Shown: one piece after another, positions 1 to 9,099 of the stretch
Layout of the letters: every line of letters begins with the position of its first letter
How positions within the stretch are numbered: position 1 is the stretch's first letter
Origin: an uncultured bacterium
GTDB lineage: Bacteria; Patescibacteriota; Minisyncoccia; Phycocordibacterales; GWA1-40-21
NCBI GenBank assembly: GCA_963804975.1
Contig: CAWDSG010000002.1
Location: 277,015 to 341,014 of the forward strand
Reading direction: 5' to 3'
Length of the DNA: 64,000 nt
Position numbers and translations under genes: made by a program
Notes under the pieces: generated by a model
What the model saw: the letters and a program-made list of their open reading frames with translations, nothing else
What the model was told of the DNA's origin: nothing
Database searches by the model: none

Positions 1-195
1 TTAGGAGCTACATTTTCCTATATAATTTCAATGATACTGACATCCGCCTTATCGCTCAATTGGCAATTTATATTTCCTTGGAACGCGGCATTTTTAGGAA
101 TTATTGTCGCAAGTATGGTAGGCTTGGTATTCGGAATCTATCCTGCCCGCCAGGCTTCCAAGAAAAGTCCGATGGAAGCGCTCAGGTATGAGTAA
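1..195 (+). CDS. ABC transporter permease (FtsX/MacB family), C-terminal fragment; 5' end cut by window
   Basis: Frame 1 translates to ...[32 protein letters not shown], the conserved hydrophobic TM4 plus ...PARxAxxxxPxEALRYE tail of FtsX/MacB permeases. Stop TAA at 193-195. Confidence 0.6.
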   Translation, partial: LGATFSYIISMILTSALSLNWQFIFPWNAAFLGIIVASMVGLVFGIYPARQASKKSPMEALRYE

Positions 196-354
196 GGGCT
201 CGCTCGGCAATGCGATTTTGAGGTACGCATAATTTCTTGCTAGAAATTTGCTCGATACTCGCGCCGACGCGCTCCGTAGCCCTCAAAATCACCTGCCTCG
301 CTCGCTTATGAAATTATGTTATAATTAAACCGTTATAAATAATAATTAAAAAAT

Positions 355-588
355 ATGGCTGGGTTTATTAAAAAATTTATAATGAAGCAGGCAATGAAGT
401 CGCAGACAAAAAACTTGCCCAAAGACCAGCGGGACAGGGTACTCTCGGCCGTTGACAAGGATCCCGAATTTTTTGAAAACATAGCCAAGCAAATCAAGCA
501 GAAAGAAAAAGAAGGAAAAGGCAAGATGGAGGCGTCAATGCTCGTGATGAGGGAAAATCAGGATAAGCTGAGAAAATTGATGCAATAA
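355..588 (+). CDS. hypothetical small Lys/Glu-rich protein (77 aa)
   Basis: ORF in the track; followed at once by a rho-independent terminator hairpin. No recognisable family. Confidence 0.4.
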   Translation: MAGFIKKFIMKQAMKSQTKNLPKDQRDRVLSAVDKDPEFFENIAKQIKQKEKEGKGKMEASMLVMRENQDKLRKLMQ

Positions 589-591
589 TTA

Positions 592-621
592 AAACCCCGA
601 GGTTTAACCTCGAGGTTTTTG
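592..621 (+). terminator. rho-independent terminator; variant of the recurring CCCCGAGG...CCTCG(G/A)GG hairpin family
   Basis: aaaCCCCGAGGtttaaCCTCGAGGttttt directly after the stop of 355..588. Confidence 0.6.
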
Positions 622-629
622 TAAAAGAA

Positions 630-660
630 AAAGGCCGTTCTCAACGAGAGCGGCCTTTGA
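630..660 (-). terminator. rho-independent terminator for the minus-strand gene 676..1443
   Basis: GGCCGttctcaacgagagCGGCC hairpin with a T-run on the minus strand, 15 nt downstream of the minus-strand stop. Confidence 0.55.
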
Positions 661-675
661 TGCGTAATACAAATG

Positions 676-1443
676 TCAGAAATTAATACTTGTTCCAAAA
701 ACCCAGTTGCCATTTTGCTGGAACTCCAATGTGCCGACTCCCGGCAACACAGTATCGAGATTAACCATTCTGACCTCGTAGTACAGGAAACCTCGAAGTG
801 TTTTTCCAAATTCAATCCCGATAGGGATTGCCGGAGTAAAATTATCACCCCCGGAGGTATCGAACTTAAAACCTCCCATGCTGAAACTTCCCTTAACTTT
901 CGTATACTCAGCACGGATACCAAAAAATGGATAAATCGACCAGCTATCGCTGATGCCATCAAGCGGATAGCATTTCAGGGCCAATGCGACCGGAGTGTAC
1001 ACATGAATCGTATCTAAACTCGATCCATATACATCCATTGTGATATCCTGTCCACCCAAGTTCAACAAAGTTTCCAAAGCGATATATTTGTATTTAACAT
1101 GAAGAAAAAATTCAGGTTCAGCCGATTTGGTATTCAGAAATTGAAACCCCATCGGCAAAGTGCCGGCACCGACGGAAGGGAATGATTTCAGATCAAAACC
1201 AAATTGACCTGACCAATCATTTTTCCGCGCAACTTTGGTGGCTGTCGGCGTAACCGTTTTGCTTGGCGTTGGTGTTACCACCTTCGCTGCCGGTTTAATG
1301 ATTTTCTTCTTTTTTGTCGGAGTCGTATGATTCCTTGATACACTTATGGAAGCTTTTGCGGTCAATCCTTGCGCTTCAACTGAAGAAAAAGAAACAGCAA
1401 AAGCAAAAAGTACCAACACGAATAACATCATTAATTTCTTCAT
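676..1443 (-). CDS. secreted beta-rich protein with OMP-like C-terminal signature
   Basis: N-terminal signal peptide MKKLMMLFVLVLFAFAVSFSSVEA|QG, then a Pro/Thr/Lys-rich linker and a beta-strand-like alternating-hydrophobic body. It ends ...NWVFGTSINF with a terminal Phe and hydrophobics at -1, -3, -7 and -9, as in beta-barrel outer-membrane proteins. Confidence 0.45.
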   Translation of the reverse strand: MKKLMMLFVLVLFAFAVSFSSVEAQGLTAKASISVSRNHTTPTKKKKIIKPAAKVVTPTPSKTVTPTATKVARKNDWSGQFGFDLKSFPSVGAGTLPMGFQFLNTKSAEPEFFLHVKYKYIALETLLNLGGQDITMDVYGSSLDTIHVYTPVALALKCYPLDGISDSWSIYPFFGIRAEYTKVKGSFSMGGFKFDTSGGDNFTPAIPIGIEFGKTLRGFLYYEVRMVNLDTVLPGVGTLEFQQNGNWVFGTSINF

Positions 1444-1610
1444 TTTTTCCTCCCAGAAAAAATTTTGTTTTGTAAAACAACAACTAAAAAATCCTTCAAT
1501 AAAGAAGATCTTTAAAGAGGATTAAAAACTACTGGCAGTAGTCTATACCATAATAAAGAAAATGTCAAGTAATTTTATTGATTTTGATGATTGATATAAA
1601 AACTATTTTT

Positions 1611-1670
1611 ATAAAGGACATTGGCTAAATTATAAAGGACATTAGCATAATAAGATAAAATGTCCTTTAG
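1611..1670. promoter_or_regulatory. candidate operator: two direct copies and one inverted copy of TATAAAGGACATT upstream of the giant surface-protein gene
   Basis: ataaaggacatt at 1611-1622 and 1631-1642; reverse complement aaatgtccttta at 1659-1670; then TTGACA at 1679-1684. Confidence 0.3.
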
Positions 1671-1930
1671 AATAAGAACTTGACATTTTTTGAGATAAAT
1701 TTTTCCAATTTGAAAGAAAATTGAATTTTCACTTGACAATAAAATTGTTTATGATACGATGTTGTCATATTAAGCTCTTTCAAAGATTTTTTACAGGAAT
1801 TATGTAAAAAAGTTCTTTATTTTCTACATGTTTTAAGGTTTTTGTTTGAAACTCACGTATTAGTTTTTTTGATATTTTTCAGTATAAGCAACTCATTTAA
1901 AATTAAATTTAGCAAATTAAAAGCACTTTA

Positions 1931-4900
1931 ATGTGCATTCGTTTTTTAGCCAGTAAAATTATTATGTTTAGCCATTATCAAAAAATAAGCAGATTCTTAG
2001 GCAATATCACAACTATTGTCCTTTTGACCATTGTTGTGTCATTTGGCTTTGTTTCTTTTGCGCATGCTGCTACCACAACACTTTCATATACAGGAGATCC
2101 TATAGATTCTTGGACAGTACCTCAGGGTGTTACTAGTTTGACAGTTAGTTTAACAGCTGGCGGAGGGGGTGGCGCTGGCGGTGCATTCACATTTGGCGGT
2201 GGTGGCGGTGGTGGTGCAGGAGCATCATTTTCTCAAACTATTTCAGTATATCCAGGACAAATAATTGCTTATGTCGTTGGTGCCGGAGGCGTTGGCGGAA
2301 CAAGCGGTTTTATAAATTTTGCTGGCGGCAGCGGTAATGACGGAGGATATACTACATTTGGTACCACAACAGCTTTTGGTGGCAAAGGTGGACAAGGAGC
2401 TACATACGGTCATCCAAATGGAGGACAGGGCGGACTTGCTGGTGGAATTGGAGGAAATGCTGGTACAAAAGGTGATGATTACATTGGACAAAGAAGTTGT
2501 GGCGGAAACGGCGGATCATCTCTTATTGGAAATGCTGGACTTGGCGGTTGTGGTGCTAGCGGTTGGTCTACTCTTCCTACAGCTGGAACAAATGGTGCTG
2601 GTGGTGGAGCAGGAAGTGGATGGGCATATTATGAACATCCTGATATTAAAGATGCAGGAGCAAATGGCGGAAATGGCCTTATTGTTCTTTCATATACTCA
2701 AGATCTTGTAGCTCCAATTATTACAATTCTCGGCTCAAATCCTCTTACTTTGGAAGCAAGCTCAACTGAAATATATATTGATGCCGGTGCAACTGCATTT
2801 GATGATGTAGATGGAACAACCACAGCTACCACAACTTTTAATAACGTAAATCTTGCCGCAACAGGAACATATTCTGTTGTTTATTCCGCTACAGATAAAG
2901 CGGGAAATACAGCGACATCCACAAGGATTGTGAATGTTGTAGATGATATTGCGCCGGTTATTACAGCTCCAGATACTCAAGTGTTTGAAGCTACCGGTGC
3001 AACAACAACTCCAATATTAATACAAGCCGTAGCTACTGACGGTTTCGATCCAAACCCAGTTATTACTTATAATCCTCACGATTTTACCTTGGGAACAACC
3101 ACGGTTGTTTGGACTGCCACCGATTCTTCGGGGAATTCAGCCACAACCTCATCTTTAGTGGTTATAAAGGACACAACTGCTCCTGCAATTGTCCTTAATG
3201 GTTCATCAACAATGTCCTTAATGATAGGCGACACCTATACAGAACTTGGAGCAACAGCTTATGATTTGGTAGACGGAACGACAATAGTAAATACTATAGG
3301 AACTGTTGATACAAATGCTACCGGAACATACCAAATTCTCTATACTTCTAGCGACAATTCTGGAAATACAGCTATAACTTCAAGAACAGTAATTGTAACT
3401 GCAACACCAGATACTACAGCTCCGGTTATAACAATTCTTGGAAATAATCCAGAAACTATAACTCTCGGTTCAATTTATACAGACGCCGGTGCAACTGCAC
3501 TTGATAATATTGACGGCGATATCACTTCAAGAATCGCAAGTTCAAGTGATGTAAATACTTCTGCAACAGGAACATATTCTGTGATTTACACAGTTTCTGA
3601 CAATGCAGGGAATGGTGCAACCTCTACAAGAATTGTAGATGTTGTTGCAACAGCACCAATACTTTCATCAATTAGTATTTCACCTTTGAACCCAACACTT
3701 GCGGTAAGCGCAACAACAACGTTTGTCGCAACAACTTTGGATCAGTATGGAAATCCTTTTGCAACGACAACTGCTTGGAATAGCTCAAATACTTCAGTTG
3801 GAACAATAGATGCAAGCGGAATCTTTACCGCGCTTTCAGAAGGAACAACAACAGTTACAGGAACAACCGGAACACTTTCAACATCAACAATGGTAACTGT
3901 AACCCCAGTTTCTGTCCTTGATACAACTGCGCCAACAACCCCTGTGATAACTGGAGTTAGCGCAACAAGCACGATTGTAAATCCAGCGATTATCTCATGG
4001 ACCGATTCAACAGATTCTCAATCAGGACTTGCGGGCTATTTATATGAAATAACTATTGTTCATCCAAGTATGATAGCAACAACAACAGGCGGCTTGACCT
4101 TCATTACTGCAACAACAACGAGTTTTGATCTTGCTTCCATAACTTCTGGAAAACCAAACCCATATTGGTTTAATGTTGCTGCTATTGATAATGCTGGAAA
4201 TATCTCAACAACGACAAGTTACGGTCCGCTTCTTGTGTCTGATTCTCAGGTATTGATTGAAAATTCAAATCTTGGAGGTACATTCTATACAATATATTCA
4301 CCAACACTTGTAAATTCTCTTCTTGCACCAGTTGCAACAACAACAGGTACAACAACAATAACAAATTCCACACTTTCAACATTCTGGGATGTAAATAATT
4401 CAAGCATTACAAACACAACGATCAACGATGTAAATTTGGATGCAGTTACAGTAACGAATTCAACATTAATAAATTCTGATATAGCGAGATGCATCGTCAT
4501 AAATTCTCTTGTAAAAAATTATTATGCTAGAGATTGTCATATTGCATACTCAGTACTTGACCCGTCAACTTTGTACGATTTCATAAATTCAACAAGTACA
4601 AATTCACAAATTTATGCTTCAGATATTTATGATTCTGTAATATCAAATCATTCTTATATTGCTACATCAACAATTACAGGTTCAACAATAGATTCTTCAA
4701 CAATAACTTTGAGTACTATCGCAACCTCAACAATTACAGGTTCGGTTATTGCAAATAGCGACATAACACTTTCAACAATTACTGATTCTACAGTTTCATC
4801 ATCAACACTCACAAACGTTGTTTCCGCAAGCTCAACCATTACAAATACTGTATTGTCAGATGCAACAACCACGAATGCAGTAATACATGATGGTATTATT

Positions 4901-7900
4901 GACAGTGGAACAATAATAATAGGTGGAAACACTTATGTTATTACAACACCAACACTGATAAGTTCACTTGTTCCAACAGTTGTGGTTACTCTTGCATCAA
5001 CCACACCTGTTTCAGGAAATATTACCGTAGGACAATCATCTGTTGATCTTGCAGAATTCACATTTACAAATAATTCTGCGACTTCCGGCGAGATAAACCA
5101 AATTACATTAACGAGAACGGGATCATCAACAGATACGACTTTATCGAATGTATATTTGTATCAAGGGTCAAATCAAATAGCGTCAGGAATATTATCATCG
5201 GGTCAAATTGTTTTCCTTAACAATTCAGGTTTATTTACGATTGCATCAAATACTTCGGTCACGGTGGCGATAAAAGCCGATGTTTCTCCATCTGCTAATG
5301 TTGGTAACACAATCGGATTTTCTCTCACTCAAATTACAGCGCATTCATTAGCGGTATCAGCAGTATTTCCATTAACAGGTTCTTTGATGACTGTTGTAGG
5401 AACAACTTCTGTTCCAGTAACATCTATCTTAGTTAATTGGACAAGTGAAGTAACAACAGTTGATGTTGGTTCAACTTTGCAAATGACCGCAACGGTAAAT
5501 CCATCAAACGCAACAAATAAAAATGTTATATGGTCTGTTGCAAACGGAACCGGATCAGCAACTATCGATTCGACAGGAGTTTTGACTGGCGTCGCAACCG
5601 GAACCGTTATGATTGCAGCTTCATCAACAGATGGCTCTGGTGTTTTTGGAACGACAACAATCACAGTTATCCCAAGCGGAAGTTTGGTACCTGTTATTAC
5701 AGTTATCGCGCCAAACCCATCACCAAACGATAATTCAGTATTATGGATTCACGGAGCTCATTTGGGATTTGCTACTTCTAGCTATACCGCTATCTTTTCT
5801 CAAAACAGCAGTGTTGTAGCAACGACATCTATATCATCTACAAATCCAAGCGGTTCAGATCTTGAAGCTAATTTTCCAATAGGTATTTCAGCCGGAGTTT
5901 ATCAGGTTTCTATTTCTGACCAATATGGTACAAGCAACTCTTTTGATCTTACTGTTACATCATCCGGAACAGTAATTCCAACATTATCAAGCATTACAAT
6001 CACCACTCCGGCAGACAAACTTATCTACACATTAGGCGATTCGCTTGATATCACAGGATTGGTAGTCACAGGAACATATTCGGACGGCTCCACTTCAACC
6101 GAGCCGCTCACTCTTGCCGACGTTTCCGGTTTCGATTCATCTGCCGCATCCTCAAGCGAAACATTAACGGTCACGTATCAAACACAGACAACTTCATACA
6201 ATGTTGCGATTAATCCAACTTTAATGCTCGATTCAATCGCCATCACGCATCCGGCAGACAAACTTATTTATACTGTCGGTGATTCACTTGATATCACAGG
6301 ACTAGTAGTTACAGGAACTTATTCAGACGGTTCAACATCGACTTTGCCGGTCTCAGTTTCAAATATTTTTGGATTTGATTCGTCAATACCAAATCCGAGT
6401 GAAACTTTGACAATTGCTTATGAAGGAAAATATGTAAGCTTGTTTGCTACAGCGACTTATACAATTACAATTAATGCCGGTCCAAGCGGTCCAATTGCGG
6501 TCACAGGAGTTACGGTTAGTCCGACGTCGCTTAATCTTACAGCAGGCGGAGCAACCGGAAATCTGACAGCAAGTGTTATTCCATCAAACGCAACCAATCA
6601 GAATATTTTCTGGAACACTGACAATGCGGAAGTTGCCACAGTTTCAAGCGGAGTAGTCACGCCGATTGCCGCGGGTATAGCAAATATTACAGTCACAACC
6701 GAAGACGGAAGTTTTGTTGCCACAAGCACAGTTACAGTTACAGCAACATCAACACCGCCTCCAACGTTACAAAGCATTGCTATCACTTCGCCTGCAACTA
6801 AACTTTCCTACAACATCGGAGACACTCTTGATATCACAGGACTTGCCGTCACCGGAACTTATTCCGACGGTTCAACTTCAATTGAACCGATCAGCGTTTC
6901 AAACATTTCGGGATTTGATTCTTCAGCTGCAAATCCAAATGAAGTTTTGACCGTTACAGTTAGTGGACTTACAACAAATTATACAGTCGTTATAAATGCA
7001 GGAAGTGTTTCAACTCCGGTCTTATCATCAATTTCCATTTCAGCTTCACCTCTCACTTTGGCAGTCGGTTCAACCACACAATTTACAGCAACAACACTGG
7101 ATCAGTTCGGTGATTCAATACAAGCGACGGTAAATTGGTCAAGCTCAGATACCTTAGTCGGTGATATAGATGCAAGCGGATTATTCACAGCTTCTGCAAC
7201 AGGAACAACTGTTGTTACAGGAACAGCTGGAACATATAGTGCAACTATTACAGTTACAGTATCTGATTTTTCAGACCAAACTCCGGTCCTTTCATCAATA
7301 AGTATTTCGGCTCCATCTTTAACATTAGCTGTCGGTTCAACCACACAATTTACAGCAACAACACTGGATCAGTTCGGTGATTCAATACAAGCGACGGTAA
7401 ATTGGTCAAGCTCAGATACCTTAGTCGGTGATATAGATGCAAGCGGATTATTCACAGCTTCTGCAACAGGAACAACTGTTGTCACAGGAACAGCTGGAGC
7501 AACAACAATATCAGCTACTGTAACAGTATCAGTAATTTCAACAGGAGGAGGTTCAACACCAGTTCCAACATTATCAAGTATTGCAATTACATCACCAGCA
7601 AACAAATTGTCATACAATATTAATGATAGTCTTGATATCACAGACCTTGTTGTCACCGGAACTTATTCCGACGGTTCAACTTCAATTGAACCGATCAGCG
7701 TTTCAAACATTTCGGGATTTGATTCTTCAACAACAACTCCAAGCGAAGTTTTGACAATTAATGTCAGCGGATTGACTACAACTTATACGATTACGGTAAA
7801 TGCCGGTCCAAGCGGTCCAATTGCGGTCACAGGAGTTACGGTTAGTCCGACGTCGCTTAATCTTACAGCAGGCGGAGCAACCGGAAATCTGACAGCAAGT

Positions 7901-8995
7901 GTTATTCCATCAAACGCAACCAATCAGAATATTTTCTGGAACACTGACAATGCGGAAGTTGCCACAGTTTCAAGCGGAGTAGTCACGCCGATTGCCGCAG
8001 GTACAGCGAATATCACAGTCACCACAGTTGATGGAGGATTTGTCGCCACAAGCACAGTCACGGTTTCCGGCGGCAGTTCAACAACCACACCGGTACTCAC
8101 TTCAATAACCATTTCACCTTTGAAGCCAACAATCGTTGCCGGAAATAAAAAAACCTTTACGGGAACTACGCTTGATCAGGACGGCAATCCGTTTGCAACA
8201 GCAATCGCATGGCAAAGTTCCAACACTTCAATCGGCACCATTAATTCAAGCGGAATATTTACAGCGGTTTCAGCGGGAACGACAACAATCACTGCGACTG
8301 CCGGGACACTCTCAGCATCAACAGTTGCAACAGTCACTTCAGCAAGAAATACAAACGGAGGTGGCGGCGCAACAAACAATACTCCTCCTACGATCGTGAT
8401 CATTGGCGATAATCCTGCCACAATCACAGTCGGTGGAACTTACATTGACGCAGGAGCAAATGCATTCGACAGCACAGACAACACAATCACTTCAAGAATA
8501 ATAACTTCAAATAATGTAAACACGGCGATGGCCGGAACATACACGGTGTATTATTCAGTGACCGATAGTTATGGAAATACAACAACAGCAACCCGTATGG
8601 TAAATGTCATTGGTTCAAATAATAACGGAACAAATACAAACAACACTGTAACTTCGGAGACGTCGCAAACTAATGGTGGCGAATCATCAAATTCTTCAGC
8701 AACATTACAAAATAATGGCGGAGGAACAGAAGTCACTTCAGGAACCGGAAACGGAACAATTCCATTCATTGATTTGGGAAATATACTTCCGTCAAAAGTT
8801 TCCACAACGACTTATGTTGCAACAAGCACTGCTTCATCGGGAGTCGCTCAGGTTTCAACCTCAACAAAAGCAGGTTTGCTTGCGGCAGTCGGCCTTGCGC
8901 TCTCAAGCATTCCTAAGAATCTGATTGCGATTATTCTCTCAATTCTTGTGCTGTTGATTGCAGGATATATAATCTACAAGATACAGGAAGATTAA
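1931..8995 (+). CDS. giant membrane-anchored surface protein (2354 aa): Gly-rich N-terminal region, multiple DUF5011-like Ig domains, Big_2 and Big_3-like Ig domains, FN3-like segment, beta-helix-like NST repeat region, C-terminal TM anchor
   Basis: N-terminal TM/signal (ITTIVLLTIVVSFGFVSFAHA). Repeated ILGxNPxTIxxGxxYxDAGATAxDxxDG...ATGTYxVxYxxxDxxGN units (DUF5011-like). Repeated ...LSSISISPL...TTLDQxGNPF...WxSSNTSVGTIDASGxFTA units (Big_2-like). Four Y..GDSLDITGL.VTGTYSDGSTS units. C-terminal hydrophobic anchor LIAIILSILVLLIAGYIIYKIQED. Start uncertain (alternative ATG at 1963). Confidence 0.8.
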   Translation: MCIRFLASKIIMFSHYQKISRFLGNITTIVLLTIVVSFGFVSFAHAATTTLSYTGDPIDSWTVPQGVTSLTVSLTAGGGGGAGGAFTFGGGGGGGAGASFSQTISVYPGQIIAYVVGAGGVGGTSGFINFAGGSGNDGGYTTFGTTTAFGGKGGQGATYGHPNGGQGGLAGGIGGNAGTKGDDYIGQRSCGGNGGSSLIGNAGLGGCGASGWSTLPTAGTNGAGGGAGSGWAYYEHPDIKDAGANGGNGLIVLSYTQDLVAPIITILGSNPLTLEASSTEIYIDAGATAFDDVDGTTTATTTFNNVNLAATGTYSVVYSATDKAGNTATSTRIVNVVDDIAPVITAPDTQVFEATGATTTPILIQAVATDGFDPNPVITYNPHDFTLGTTTVVWTATDSSGNSATTSSLVVIKDTTAPAIVLNGSSTMSLMIGDTYTELGATAYDLVDGTTIVNTIGTVDTNATGTYQILYTSSDNSGNTAITSRTVIVTATPDTTAPVITILGNNPETITLGSIYTDAGATALDNIDGDITSRIASSSDVNTSATGTYSVIYTVSDNAGNGATSTRIVDVVATAPILSSISISPLNPTLAVSATTTFVATTLDQYGNPFATTTAWNSSNTSVGTIDASGIFTALSEGTTTVTGTTGTLSTSTMVTVTPVSVLDTTAPTTPVITGVSATSTIVNPAIISWTDSTDSQSGLAGYLYEITIVHPSMIATTTGGLTFITATTTSFDLASITSGKPNPYWFNVAAIDNAGNISTTTSYGPLLVSDSQVLIENSNLGGTFYTIYSPTLVNSLLAPVATTTGTTTITNSTLSTFWDVNNSSITNTTINDVNLDAVTVTNSTLINSDIARCIVINSLVKNYYARDCHIAYSVLDPSTLYDFINSTSTNSQIYASDIYDSVISNHSYIATSTITGSTIDSSTITLSTIATSTITGSVIANSDITLSTITDSTVSSSTLTNVVSASSTITNTVLSDATTTNAVIHDGIIDSGTIIIGGNTYVITTPTLISSLVPTVVVTLASTTPVSGNITVGQSSVDLAEFTFTNNSATSGEINQITLTRTGSSTDTTLSNVYLYQGSNQIASGILSSGQIVFLNNSGLFTIASNTSVTVAIKADVSPSANVGNTIGFSLTQITAHSLAVSAVFPLTGSLMTVVGTTSVPVTSILVNWTSEVTTVDVGSTLQMTATVNPSNATNKNVIWSVANGTGSATIDSTGVLTGVATGTVMIAASSTDGSGVFGTTTITVIPSGSLVPVITVIAPNPSPNDNSVLWIHGAHLGFATSSYTAIFSQNSSVVATTSISSTNPSGSDLEANFPIGISAGVYQVSISDQYGTSNSFDLTVTSSGTVIPTLSSITITTPADKLIYTLGDSLDITGLVVTGTYSDGSTSTEPLTLADVSGFDSSAASSSETLTVTYQTQTTSYNVAINPTLMLDSIAITHPADKLIYTVGDSLDITGLVVTGTYSDGSTSTLPVSVSNIFGFDSSIPNPSETLTIAYEGKYVSLFATATYTITINAGPSGPIAVTGVTVSPTSLNLTAGGATGNLTASVIPSNATNQNIFWNTDNAEVATVSSGVVTPIAAGIANITVTTEDGSFVATSTVTVTATSTPPPTLQSIAITSPATKLSYNIGDTLDITGLAVTGTYSDGSTSIEPISVSNISGFDSSAANPNEVLTVTVSGLTTNYTVVINAGSVSTPVLSSISISASPLTLAVGSTTQFTATTLDQFGDSIQATVNWSSSDTLVGDIDASGLFTASATGTTVVTGTAGTYSATITVTVSDFSDQTPVLSSISISAPSLTLAVGSTTQFTATTLDQFGDSIQATVNWSSSDTLVGDIDASGLFTASATGTTVVTGTAGATTISATVTVSVISTGGGSTPVPTLSSIAITSPANKLSYNINDSLDITDLVVTGTYSDGSTSIEPISVSNISGFDSSTTTPSEVLTINVSGLTTTYTITVNAGPSGPIAVTGVTVSPTSLNLTAGGATGNLTASVIPSNATNQNIFWNTDNAEVATVSSGVVTPIAAGTANITVTTVDGGFVATSTVTVSGGSSTTTPVLTSITISPLKPTIVAGNKKTFTGTTLDQDGNPFATAIAWQSSNTSIGTINSSGIFTAVSAGTTTITATAGTLSASTVATVTSARNTNGGGGATNNTPPTIVIIGDNPATITVGGTYIDAGANAFDSTDNTITSRIITSNNVNTAMAGTYTVYYSVTDSYGNTTTATRMVNVIGSNNNGTNTNNTVTSETSQTNGGESSNSSATLQNNGGGTEVTSGTGNGTIPFIDLGNILPSKVSTTTYVATSTASSGVAQVSTSTKAGLLAAVGLALSSIPKNLIAIILSILVLLIAGYIIYKIQED
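6481..6672 (+). repeat. about 190-nt intragenic repeat, first copy (near-identical to 7807..7998)
   Basis: tccaagcggtccaattgcggtcacaggagttacggttagtccgacgtcgcttaatcttacagcaggcggagcaaccgg... repeated 1326 nt downstream. The two shadow ORFs 6598..6786(-) and 7924..8112(-) share an identical C-terminal stretch (...VVTVIFA.PAAIGVTTPLETVATSALSVFQKIF). Confidence 0.8.
7064..7507 (+). repeat. tandem duplication (2 x 267 nt) inside the giant gene
   Basis: gtcggttcaaccacacaatttacagcaacaacactggatcagttcggtgattcaatacaagcgacggtaaattggtcaagctcagatacc... occurs at 7064 and again at 7331. About 170 nt are near-identical with single-nucleotide differences. Shadow ORFs 7102..7344(-) and 7369..7656(-) translate identically. 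Confidence 0.8.
7807..7998 (+). repeat. second copy of the 6481..6672 intragenic repeat
   Basis: Near-identical nucleotide sequence; encodes AGPSGPIAVTGVTVSPTSLNLTAGGATGNLTASVIPSNATNQNIFWNTDNAEVATVSSGVVTPIAAG in both copies. Confidence 0.8.
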
Positions 8996-9004
8996 ATTTA
9001 AAAA

Positions 9005-9040
9005 CAAAAAACTGCCCGCCTCACGGCGGGCAGTTTTTTT
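9005..9040 (+). terminator. rho-independent terminator after the giant gene
   Basis: aaaaaaCTGCCCGCCtcacGGCGGGCAGttttttttatttg, followed by a second GC hairpin gcgggcttgcttcgcgcccgc. Confidence 0.7.
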
Positions 9041-9099
9041 TATTTGTGCGGGCTTGCTTCGCGCCCGCCCGCCCAATTTCTTTATTAAATCAATAAAAT

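Noticed and set aside
5986-8100. Regularly spaced near-identical repeats in the giant gene as a CRISPR array
   Set aside because: The repeats are 190-270 nt long, coding, in frame and encode Ig-like domain units. There are no short (about 25-40 nt) direct repeats with unique spacers and no cas genes nearby.
8143-8149. Poly-A tract (7 A) inside the giant gene as a phase-variation slippage site
   Set aside because: A7 tracts are common by chance in an AT-rich genome. There is no evidence of length heterogeneity from a single sequence.
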